A stretch of DNA of 63,718 bases, counting the filler, from Reclinomonas americana ATCC 50394 (Eukaryota), in assembly GCA_048213135.1 (NCBI GenBank). It is 8 parts of 4 records of this genome, joined end to end, with 100 filler letters (N's around TTAATTAATTAA, not from the genome) between each part and the next. Parts side by side here need not be neighbours in the genome. Positions count along the whole stretch, not along the records: positions 25,479 to 52,081 come from PS015139.1; 7 more parts are not named here. One strand, written 5' to 3'. Of this stretch, positions 37,396-48,677 are shown piece by piece; the first letter of the stretch is position 1; the number at the start of each line of letters is the position of its first letter. Made by a program: the position numbers and the translations under genes. The notes under the pieces were generated by a model. It did no database searches. It saw nothing but the letters and a program-made list of their open reading frames with translations, and was not told the origin of the DNA.

Positions 37396-40300
37396 TTCTG
37401 CTGCTGCGGGCACCGCACCGACGACAATGACATCCTCACCGCCCTCCACGGCCCCGGCGGCCGCCGCACCAGCCAACCCGCCGTCCTCTCCCCGCAAGCC
37501 GCCCGCACCAGTCCCGTCGCCAACAGCAGCGGCGGCGGACGCGGCCGCGGCCGCAAGAGACCACTCTCTTTCCGCCAGTCGGCCTCCAGCCCCCGCTCAC
37601 TCCGTCCCGTCGACTGGCTCGCCCTGCCGCCCTCCACCATCCGCATGCGATTAGCGGCCCTGCGAATCGAGCGCTGGTGGTTGCAGCTGCTCGAGGAGCT
37701 GCGCACGGCCGGCTCATCGTCGCAACTGTTGCGTCACTGGTTGGCCAAAGGTGTGATGATTTTTCTTCTGACTTTTGTATTTGCAGTCACCGGAGACGAT
37801 CCGCCGCGCTGACCATCACTGTCGCCTGGCGCCACCGGCTGATGAGCAAGCGCGTGCACAGAAGAAGAGCAGCGGGCGTCATTGCCAATGCGTACCGCTG
37901 GCACCTCTTTCGCCGATCGGTGCAGCGCATCAGTTGCGTTCTCGCCCCCCGCACGGCAAAGACTGCGTGATGCTCACCCTGTCGCGCAGAGCAAATGTTC
38001 TCGGCTCGTCGACTCGTGCTGCAAGAAATACTACAATCCGAGGAGCAATACGTGAACAATCTGCGCATGTTGCTGGAGGTTTGGATGCGCCGAGGAAGGG
38101 CAGGGAATCTATGACTTGCGTGTATTGATCAATCCGCAGCTGTTTCACGAACCGCTGCTGCGACTGGACCGCGCCGGTCGCCCGCTGCTGCCGCTGGACA
38201 AGATCGCCGTCATCTTCTCCAACGTGCAGGACATTTTGCACTTGAACATGACGCTGCGCAGTCATTTGGCGGCGCGGCTGCCGTTTGTCACTACGCGAGC
38301 GTGGCAGAGTGGGAAGCCGTCGGTGGCGGGGGTGTTTTTGCAGGCGGTGAGTGGATCGAAAAGGGGAAGGGGGAGGGGAGGGGAAGAAGAAAGAAGAGGG
38401 AAGCGAAGGAGGAGGGACGGCGAGAGACAAAGTTGGAGGGTGGCATGGAGGCTGGGCAAAAGAATGAGGGAGAGAGAGCGAGAGAGAAAGAGAAAGAGAG
38501 AGAGGCAGAGGTTGTAAGAAGAGGATAATGCAAGAGGAAGAATAGAACATAGAGAGGGACACGAATGAGGTTTAGGAACTCCGCTTTCTCTACAGGTTTC
38601 CTTGCTGTTCTCTCCTCACCTTTATCACTCTTCCTCCTCTCTTTTCCTCCTGTCTCTCTCCTCCTCCTCTCTTTTTCCTCCTGTCTCTCTCTTTCTCACT
38701 CGCTCTTTCGCTCTCTCTCTTCTCCTCCTCTCTCTCTCTTCTCCGGTCTCTCTCCTCCTCTCTCTCTCTCCTTCTCTCTCTCCTCCTCTCTCTCTCTCTC
38801 TCCTCCTCCTCTCTCTCTTTCTCTCTCCCTCTCTCTCTTTCTCTCGCTCTTTCCTCCTCCTGTCTCTCTCTCCTCCTCCTCTCTTTCTCGTCCTCTCTCT
38901 CTCTTCCCTCTCATTCTCGCCAGATGCATCTCTGTTCTTTCCTTCTCCTCACCTCTGTTCTCTTGTCTCCTCACCTCTGTTCTCCCCCTCTCCCCTCCTC
39001 CTCACCTCTCCTCTCCCCCACGCAGGTCTCCAACCTGACGCAATACGCCGACTACGTCGCCCGCTCGGAGAACGCCGTCGCCATGCTGGATCAGTGTCGT
39101 TCGAAGTACACTCAGTTTGCGCGATTCCTGGAGGTTTGCGCCGTTCGTGTTCTGCTGTCTCGTATCAAAGCTCACTTTCTGCACAACAACAGGAGACGAG
39201 CCACTCACCTGAACTGGCCGGTCGGCCTCTCGAAAGTCTGCTGATTGTGCCGGTGCAGAGATTGCCCCGCTACATTCTGCTACTCGAGGTTTGTGTCACT
39301 TATTTCACATGGCTTGCGCTATTCAATTGCTCTCTCTCTCTCTCTCTCACTCTCTCACCACTGCTCCACAAATGCCATCTCCTGCTGCACTTTTATCTGT
39401 TTGTCTCCTTTGTTTCTCTCATCCTTTTCTCTCACAGGCCGTTTCTCTCCTCGTCCTCTGCTCCTTGTGATTCACTCTCGTCTGTACTGATTGATTCTCT
39501 CTACTCCCGGTGCCACATTTGTGTGCTCTTCTCCGTCCCGCCGCTAATTGTTCTCTTCTTTTGCATTTTTCTCTTTCTTTCATTCCTTTCTCTTTCCCTC
39601 TCCTTCAATCTCATTCTCTGTGTCTCTTTCTATTTTTCTCTGTCTCGCTCTCTCAGCCGACTTTTTTCTTTCCTTTTCATTTCCACCGTTCCCTCTTCGC
39701 CCCCTTCCCCTTCCCCTTCCCCTTCGACTTCGACTTCCACTTCTCACTCTCCATCCCCTTCCCTCCCTTCCCTCCATTCCCCTTCTCTTCTGTTCCCCTT
39801 CCCCATCACCTTCCCCATCACCTTTCCCTCTTTGCCCCCTTCTCCTTCCCCTTCCCCTTCCCCTTCCCCTTCACCCTCCCCTCATGCCCCCTTTCCCCTC
39901 CCAGGACCTTCTGAAGCGCACCCCCGACTTCCACGAGGACTACCTCCCCCTCCAAGAACTCATCCCCAAGATGCGCGAACTCACCCTCTTTGTCAACGTG
40001 CGCACTGGCGAAGTGGAAAACGTGTACGCCGCGCTCACTCTCATGAAGAAGCTTCACAACTTTAACCCGGCAGTTGAGTGTTTCTCCCTACTTCCCTCGC
40101 TATGCTGCATCTCTCTTATCATCATCATGTCACAGACCGTCTTCTCTCCATCCTCCGTGGTGCTGGTGGACGGCTTCCTGGCTCTTCGCGGCGACATGGA
40201 GTCACTCGGCATCACCGAGGCATCGCTCGTGCCACTGCAGCTGAACGGCGATAGCGACGACGACGAGAGCGGCTCCGATGATGAGAGTGATGTGGAGCGG

Positions 40301-40574
40301 ACGGATGAGGGACACGCAGGGCTGGACCAAGTGCGTCTCGCCCTCGCGTCACCGCTCTCCCCGCAGCCGTCGACACCGGTTTCTGGTTTGTTAGTGGGGC
40401 GAATCAACTTCTCCGTTAATCTCTCTCTCTCTCTCTTTCTCTCTCTCTTCTCTCCTCTCTCTTTCTCTCTCTCTTCTCTCCTCTCTCTTTCTCTCTCTTT
40501 CTTTCTGTCTCTGTCTCTCTCTTTCTTTCTTTCTTCTCCCACTGTCTCTCTGTCTCTCTCTCTCTTTCTTCTCC

Positions 40575-40613
<39 letters not shown>

Positions 40614-40988
40614 ACCATGTCTCTTGCATTCTCTTTTCTGTTCTTTTCTTCTGCTCCCGCACGCTCTTTCCTTCTCCATGTCTCTGTCCCCTTCACTCTC
40701 TCTCTCTCTCTCTCTCTGGCCATGTTTCTATCTCTTCCTTTCACTCTTCTTGTGTCTCTCTAATTCTCTCTCTCTCTCTCTCTCTCTTTGTCTCTTTGTC
40801 TCTTCAATTTTCGCTGTTCCTCGTTGTATGTGTGTCTCTCAGCCTCTCTTTGTCTCTGCCTCTTTCATTCATTTCTCTCTCTCTCTTCTTTGTTTCTCTT
40901 TCTTTTTTCTCTTTGTATGTGTGTCTCTCTTTCTCTCTCCCATTCTTTCTCTCTTCTCCTCTCTTCTCTCATTCTCTTCTCTCTTTCT

Positions 40989-41019
<31 letters not shown>

Positions 41020-43542
41020 TTCATTTTCTGTGTCCCTCTCTCTCTGCAAGTGTGTGTCTCTGTCTTTCTCTCGCACAAGTTGCCTTTCTTTCCCTCTGTC
41101 TCTTCTTCTCTTTCTTTTCCCACTCTGCCTCTCTCTTTCATTCTCTTGCTTTCTCTCAGTTTCTCTCTTTTGTTCCTTTTCTTCCTTTTTTTTCTTTCTC
41201 CTGTTGCATATGTGTGTGTCTCTCAGTCTCTCTTCTTTATTTCTCTTCTTTTCCCTCTGTCTCTCACTTCTTCTCTTCCTTTCTCACTCTGCCTCTCTCA
41301 GTCTCTCACATTCTTTCTCTCATTTCTCATTCCCATCTCCCCCCTATCACCCTCCCCCTTTCCCTCTTCTCTCTTTGCCTCTGTCCCTTATTCACCCCCT
41401 TCTCCTTTTCTCCTCCCCTTTGCCTTTGCCAGAAAAAGCCCCCTCCCCCAGCCCGCTCCCCCCCGCCGCCTTCTCGCCCGTCCCCCTCTCCCCGCTCCTC
41501 CCCGCACCGCCAGCCCCCGCCTCCTCCTCCTACCTCGGCACGCGCGGATTCGACATTGCCATTGCGACCCCCAGTCCCATCTCCGCTGCGCAGGGCGACG
41601 TGGGCACCAGCGACTCACCACACTCGCGCCACCGCGGCACCATGCGCTCCCGCAATCGTGCCGCCAAGAGCATCCTCGTGCAGGGCCTGTTGAATCTGCG
41701 CGAGCGCTCGGGCATGCTCGGCGATGTGCGACGTGGGTGCGTTTTTTTAGCAAATCAAGTCGCTGTTATTGTCTTTTTTTCGCTCACCTTTCCCCCTTTT
41801 TTGTGTAGCACCGTGTCTCGCTCCCACCACCGCAGCTCATCGGTCGATGTCGACCAGCTGGCACTGGAGAGCGCTGGTCGGCAACCGGGAACCACTCCCA
41901 TTCGTCGGCATTCGCGCCTCCAGAGCGACATTCGCATCCTGGACGACGACGACGACGACGATGACTTGATGATGACAATGGACGACAATGCCGACGTGAT
42001 GCTCATTGACAATGCAGACGCGGAGCGACTGGCGATCCTGGCCACGGGACCGCAACGCCGTCGCGCAAGTCTGTCGCCAATGACGGACGGATTGCAGGCG
42101 CAGCAGCTGCAGCAGTTGCAACAACAACTACAGCAGGCTCAACCTGCATCCTCATCGATGACGACGACCACCACCACTACTACCGCGTCGCCGTTGCCCA
42201 CCGGCGCTGCCGCACAGGCCCCGCGTGAGCTCGGCGTGAGTCGCATTCACATGTTTGAGGATGCCGCCGAGTCGGAGACGTACTTTGACGGCGACAGCGA
42301 GGACGGCACGTCGCCCGACGAGGGCGCAGTGGTCACCATCAATCAGCTGGCACGTCGCGATGCCGCCGAATCGCTCTCACCGCAAGGCTCGCAGTCGGCC
42401 AGCGACGGCGCGCCGAATTCGCCAATGTTCTCGCCGCCGGCTCTGCCGCCACCACCGCCGCCCATGCAACTGCAGGGGTCGCGTCCGCAGTCGGCACAGG
42501 CACCGCCGCCAGCGTCTTCATCTTCATCCTCCATTGGTCCGTCGAATGTGCGCCCCCCTCCCCTCCACATGCCCGTCGGCAGCGGGACCGCCAGCGACTC
42601 GTCCGAGCCCACCTCGCCCGTGTCGCCGCGCCGACGCACCGTGGCCATTGTGGCCCCCACCAACCCCAACAGCGGCAACGCCAGCAAGCCACCGACCACA
42701 CCGCGTGGCTCACGACCGGCGCCCGGTCGCTTGGAGGGACGTCGCGAGAGTGTCGTGCTGCAGGCGGCTGCCAGCTCGTCCAACCTGCGTGGTTTGTTTT
42801 TCCTGCAAGAGTGAGGGTGGCTGAACGAGAGATCTAACAGCGCACTCCCAGATCTCTCCAAGCAAGTGGCCTCCAGCTCGGTGAACGCCAAGCACCGCCG
42901 TTTCCTTGTCCTGTTGGACAATGCACTGGTGGTGGCGCGCATCAAGTCGTCGCCGTTTTCGACGCAGCTGCAGGTGACGCATCAGTATCCGACGGTGGGA
43001 ATGCAGGTGTCCACGCTGGCGGTTGATGGTGAGAAGAGGGGAAAGGGAAGGGAGGAAGAGAGGGGAAGATAAAGAGAAAAGGCGTGAGTGAGAAGAGAAA
43101 AAGAAGGGTGCCTGTCCATCGAGTGACAGATGAAAGTGGATCGCTGGGTGACCGGTTGCACTGGAGAGAGAGAGAGAGGAGGGAGAGTAGAAATGCGCAG
43201 GGGGAGCGAAAGAGAGAAGGTGTGTGAGAGAGAGGGAGAGAGGGAGAGAAGGTGTGTGAGCGAGAGGCTACGAGAGAGGCGTTCGAGAGAATGGAAAAGA
43301 AGGGAGCTTCTCCATCCGCAGTACATTGGGAAGCCGAGTGAGAGATGAAGGGCGGATTGCTCGGTAACGGTTGTCACTGGAGGGAGAGAAGATGTGTAAG
43401 AGAGAGGGAGAGTAGAAACACACAGAGAGAGCGAAAGAGAGAAGGCGTGAGTGAGAATGGAAAAGAAGGGAGCCTCTCTATCCGCAGTAGATGGGAAACC
43501 GAGTGAGAGGTGAAGGGTGGATTGCTCGGCAACGATTGTCTT

Positions 43543-43604
<62 letters not shown>

Positions 43605-43637
43605 NNNNNNNNNNNNNNNNNNNNNNNNNNNNNNNNN

Positions 43638-43677
<40 letters not shown>

Positions 43678-46485
43678 AAGAATTAATCAACGTGCTTTAC
43701 GGAGACGAATAGAGGCATTTCTCGTTTTTTGCGAGCTGATTGCTTTGTCATTTTTGTGTTCCCTCTTGTGTTCTCTCTTGTGTTCCCCTTGTATTCCCCT
43801 CGTGTTCCTCTCGTGTTCCCCTCGTGTTCCCCTTGTGTTCCCCTTCTGTGTTCCCTTCGTGTTCCCTTTGTGTTCCCCTTGTGTTCCCCATGTGCTCCCC
43901 TTGCGTTCCCTTCGTGTTCCCTTCGTGTTCCCTTCGTGTTCCCTTCGTGTTCCCTTCGTGTTCCCTTCGTGTTCCCTTCGTGTTCCCTTCGTGTTCCCTT
44001 CGTGTTCCCTTCGTGTTCCCCTTGTGTTCCCTTCGTGTTCCCCTCGTGTTCTTCTCGTGTTCCCCTCGTTTTCCCCTTGTATTCCCCTTGTATTCCCCTC
44101 GTGTTCCCCTCGTGTTCCCTTCGTGTTCCCTTCGTGTTCCCCTTGTGTTCCCTTCGTGTTCCCCTCGTGTTCTTCTCGTGTTCCCCATGTGTTCCTCTCG
44201 TGTTCCTCTCTTATTGTCTCGTATTCCCTTCGCGTTCCCCTTGTGTTCCCCTTGTGTTCCCCTTGTGTTCCCCCTCGTGTTCCCCTTGTGTTCCCCCTCG
44301 TGTTCCCCCTGTCTTCCCCTTGTGTTCCCCTTGTGTTCCCCTTGTGTTCCCCTTGTGTTCCCCTTGTGTTCCCCTTGTGTTCCCCTTGTGTGTTCCCCTT
44401 GTGNNNNNNNNNNNNNNNNNNNNNNNNNNNNNNNNNNNNNNNNNNNNNNNNNNNNNNNNNNNNNNNNNNNNNNNNNNNNNNNNNNNNNNNNNNNNNNNNN
44501 NNNNNNNNNNNNNNNNNNNNNNNNNNNNNNNNNNNNNNNNNNNNNNNNNNNNNNNNNNNNNNNNNNNNNNNNNNNNNNNNNNNNNNNNNNNNNNNNNNNN
44601 NNNNNNNNNNNNNNNNNNNNNNNNNNNNNNNNNNNNNNNNNNNNNNNNNNNNNNNNNNNNNNNNNNNNNNNNNNNNNNNNNNNNNNNNNNNNNNNNNNNN
44701 NNNNNNNNNNNNNNNNNNNNNNNNNNNNNNNNNNNNNNNNNNNNNNNNNNNNNNNNNNNNNNNNNNNNNNNNNNNNNNNNNNNNNNNNNNNNNNNNNNNN
44801 NNNNNNNNNNNNNNNNNNNNNNNNNNNNNNNNNNNNNNNNNNNNNNNNNNNNNNNNNNNNNNNNNNNNNNNNNNNNNNNNNNNNNNNNNNNNNNNNNNNN
44901 NNNNNNNNNNNNNNNNNNNNNNNNNNNNNNNNNNNNNNNNNNNNNNNNNNNNNNNNNNNNNNNNNNNNNNNNNNNNNNNNNNNNNNNNNNNNNNNNNNNN
45001 NNNNNNNNNNNNNNNNNNNNNNNNNNNNNNNNNNNNNNNNNNNNNNNNNNNNNNNNNNNNNNNNNNNNNNNNNNNNNNNNNNNNNNNNNNNNNNNNNNNN
45101 NNNNNNNNNNNNNNNNNNNNNNNNNNNNNNNNNNNNNNNNNNNNNNNNNNNNNNNNNNNNNNNNNNNNNNNNNNNNNNNNNNNNNNNNNNNNNNNNNNNN
45201 NNNNNNNNNNNNNNNNNNNNNNNNNNNNNNNNNNNNNNNNNNNNNNNNNNNNNNNNNNNNNNNNNNNNNNNNNNNNNNNNNNNNNNNNNNNNNNNNNNNN
45301 NNNNNNNNNNNNNNNNNNNNNNNNNNNNNNNNNNNNNNNNNNNNNNNNNNNNNNNNNNNNNNNNTCGTGTTCCCCCTGTGTTCCCCCTTGTGTTCCTCAT
45401 TTATCTTTCCTTCTCTTTCCCTGCCCTCTCCTCCCCCCTCCCTTCCCTTTCCCCTCCCCTCTTCTCTCCTTTTCCTGCATTCTCAACCCTTCCCCTGTAT
45501 GTAATCCCGCAGACGAGCACACATCGATCGTGGTCCGCGTCAACGGCGAGTCGCTGGTGTTGCAGGCGCCTAGTTCCGAAGAGGCAGAGGCGTGGATCGA
45601 CGCCTTCCGACTCGTGTTGGCTCCGGGCAACCACCACACGTGGCGCTGGCAGCAAGGTGAGATGCACAGATTCATTTGACCTCCCTCTTGTTTCGTCTTC
45701 TGACTTTTGGATTCTTGCGCAGTGAGTGTCCGCTGCCCGCGACGCGAGGGAGTGCTGACCTTCTGGGAGGATGGTCGCCAGAACAGTTGCGTCGCTGCAC
45801 TCTCCCTTTTGCACTCATTGCGTTTACACTCACTGTATTTGTGCGTAGAAAAATACGTGGAACTCCGCAACGGCGTGTTGTACATTCACAAGCTTGACAT
45901 GCGCAAGGTACCGTGCTGCCTGACAATCCTGAGTCACGCGTGCTGTGTATCTCATCGCTCCCCGCGCAGCTGTTGGACTTTTTCCCACTCAACGCCTGCT
46001 GCGTGATTCCCGAGGCCGGGGCCGACAACAGCTACACGCGATTTTCCGTGTCAGGTAACACACTGCCGTTCGGCTTCAGTCAGTCACCGTCAGCAATGCA
46101 GAGATTCTCCAGCGCAGTAGCTCACGCTCTTCGTCGCCTTTACTCCTTGTCATCTTCGCATACGCGGACCTTCCTTTCTTCTTTCTCACACTTTCCAGCA
46201 CCCCGACTCACCCCTTCCCTTTATTCGCACAGGCCCATTCCCAATCATTTACCACATTTCTGCCGCCAACTCGGCCATGGCGTGCGAGTGGATTCAGGAT
46301 ATTGCCATTTCCATTAGTTTTGTCATGGAGGCTTCGAGCGAGGCGATGGAGGACTTTGCCTTGTACCCGGACCTCACTCTCATTGGTAGCGATGTGCGTC
46401 ATAGTTGGTATGCTTGCGACTGCATTTCTGTGTCACTCACTCTCCTGTCGCGCAGAACAAGGTGGCGCCGCCGGTTGCGTCATGA
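37396..46485 (+). CDS. RhoGEF: IQ-like motifs + DH (Dbl homology) + split PH + second PH; 5' partial
   Basis: IQ-like motifs AALRIERWW, AALTITVAWR, AAGVIANAYR. DH hallmarks RRLVLQEILQSEEQYVNNL, VIFSNVQDIL, LESLLIVPVQRLPRYILLLE|DLLKRTPDFHED. PH1: RFLVLLDNALVV...LVLQAPSSEEAEAWIDAF. PH2: REGVLTF..YVELRNGVLYIH..FPLNACCV..CEWIQDI. Predicted last exon NKVAPPVAS* ends at 46485. Confidence 0.88.
43755..45400. repeat. 10-11 bp minisatellite (GTGTTCCC(C)TT / GTGTTCCCTTC), intronic, spans a gap
   Basis: Dozens of tandem units at 43755-44403, and the same unit resumes at 45365 after the N run. Confidence 0.92.
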
Positions 46486-46538
46486 CACTCTCTCGACTTA
46501 GCTAAAATACATTACCAGCATCACTTTTTGTTTAACAT

Positions 46539-47884
46539 TCATTCGGCTTTCAACGTTAACAAGGCATATTGCGCAAAGATTAACAGCAGCGCCACATCCA
46601 CGTCCTGGTGCATCACCTCCATTAGCAGTGTCCGGCGCGCGCCCTTTACGTTGACACGCGTGCCGAACACCAGCGTGGCGACCGTGTTGAGCAGGTGGTC
46701 CTTGACGTAGACCTGCCCGAAGGAGAAGGGGAAGAGAAAAGAAAGGATAAGGAACAACAAGGACACATATGTGTGGAGATGAAAGAGACACGGAGATATC
46801 CCTCTCTCTGTCAATGCCAGCAGCACAAATCATTTTCTCTGTTCAAGAAGACAGTGATGTACGTGCGTGAAACAGAGACCAGCAGTTGCTTTTGGCGACA
46901 AAACACGCAAGCAGCAGGAGAGAAGATGTAGCAGCGTGTGAAACAGAGACCAGCTGCTGCTGGTGGTGTCTGTTGGCGACAAGCACGCAAGCAGCAGGAG
47001 AGAAGATGAAGCAGTGTGTGAAAGAGAGACCGGCTGCTGCTGTTGGCGCCAGTTGGCGACAAACACGCAAGCAGCAGAAGAGAAGATGTAGCAGCGTGTG
47101 AAAGAGAGACCGGCTGCTGCTGTTGGCGCCTGTTGGCGACAAACACGCAAGCAGCAGGAGAGAAGATGTAGCAGCGTGCGAAACAGAGACCAGCTGCTGC
47201 TATTGGTGTCTGTTGGCGACAAACACGCAAGCAGCAGGAGAGAAGATGTAGCAGCGTGTGAAAGAGAGACCAGCTGCTGCTATTGGTGTCTGTTGGCGAC
47301 AAACACGCAGGTAGTAGGAGAGAAGATGTAGCAGTGAGTGAAAGAGAGACCAGCTGTTGCTGTCGGCGTCTGTTGGCGACAAAACACGCAAGCAGCAGGA
47401 GAGAAGATGTAGCAGTGTGTGAAAAAGAGACCAGCAGTTGCTTTCGGCGTCTGCTGGCGACAAACACAAGCAGCAGGAGAGAAGATGTAGCAGTGTGTGA
47501 AAGAGAGACCAGCTGTTGCTTCTGGCGTCTGTTGGCGACAAACACGCAGGTAGCTGGAGAGAAGATGTAGCAGTGTGTGAAAGAGAGACCAGCTGTTGCT
47601 GTTGGCGCCTGTTGGCGACAAACACGCAGGTAGTAGGAGAGAAGATGTAGCAGTGTGTGAAAGAGAGACCAGCTGTTGCTATTGGCGCCTGCTGGCGACA
47701 AGCACGCAGGTAGTAGGAGAGAAGATGTAGCAGTGTGTGAAAGAGAGACCAGCTGTTGCTATTGGCGCCTGCTGGCGACAAACACGCAAGTAGCAGGAGA
47801 GACGAAATAGGAATCATTGAGAGACAGCAATATCCTTCTACCTTCTTTATCAGTCCTGCCGCATAAGACCTGAGAGGTATAGTC

Positions 47885-47922
<38 letters not shown>

Positions 47923-48637
47923 CTAGCGACCGTACCGACGTACCTACCTACTTCTTCGTCGACGAAGAACGACGAGTAGTCGACGGACGGACCGAACGGG
48001 ACGGAACCGAAACGAGGAAGGTACGTTACCGTTTTCCCGTTTTACCGTATACTACTTCNNNNNNNNNNNNNNNNNNNNNNNNNNNNNNNNNNNNNNNNNN
48101 NNNNNNNNNNNNNNNNNNNNNNNNNNNNNNNNNNNNNNNNNNNNNNNNNNNNNNNNNNNNNNNNNNNNNNNNNNNNNNNNNNNNNNNNNNNNNNNNNNNN
48201 NNNNNNNNNNNNNNNNNNNNNNNNNNNNNNNNNNNNNNNNNNNNNNNNNNNNNNNNNNNNNNNNNNNNNNNNNNNNNNNNNNNNNNNNNNNNNNNNNNNN
48301 NNNNNNNNNNNNNNNNNNNNNNNNNNNNNNNNNNNNNNNNNNNNNNNNNNNNNNNNNNNNNNNNNNNNNNNNNNNNNNNNNNNNNNNNNNNNNNNNNNNN
48401 NNNNNNNNNNNNNNNNNNNNNNNNNNNNNNNNNNNNNNNNNNNNNNNNNNNNNNNNNNNNNNNNNNNNNNNNNNNNNNNNNNNNNNNNNNNNNNNNNNNN
48501 NNNNNNNNNNNNNNNNNNNNNNNNNNNNNNNNNNNNNNNNNNNNNNNNNNNNNNNCGTAACTTACTTACCTTCCTTTACCTTTACCTTTACTTACTACGT
48601 ACGTCCGCCGACGACAACGACGAGAGTAGTAGTAGTA

Positions 48638-48677
<40 letters not shown>

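Noticed and set aside
39548-42814. 1088-aa continuous ORF
   Set aside because: It reads through stop-poor (CT)n introns. Only the GC-rich parts are RhoGEF exons.
43755-44403. Telomeric repeat or Cys/Pro-rich protein
   Set aside because: The unit is a variable 10-11 bp, lies between RhoGEF exons, and its ORFs are just repeat translations.
46865-47800. CRISPR-like regular array
   Set aside because: Units are head-to-tail with no unique spacers, there are no cas genes, and it lies in a eukaryotic intron.
47918-48645. Odd TACG/GACG-rich sequence (also ~10280-10396, 23374-23470, 36830-37040)
   Set aside because: It occurs only at contig ends next to microsatellites, typical of low-quality pyrosequencing read tails.
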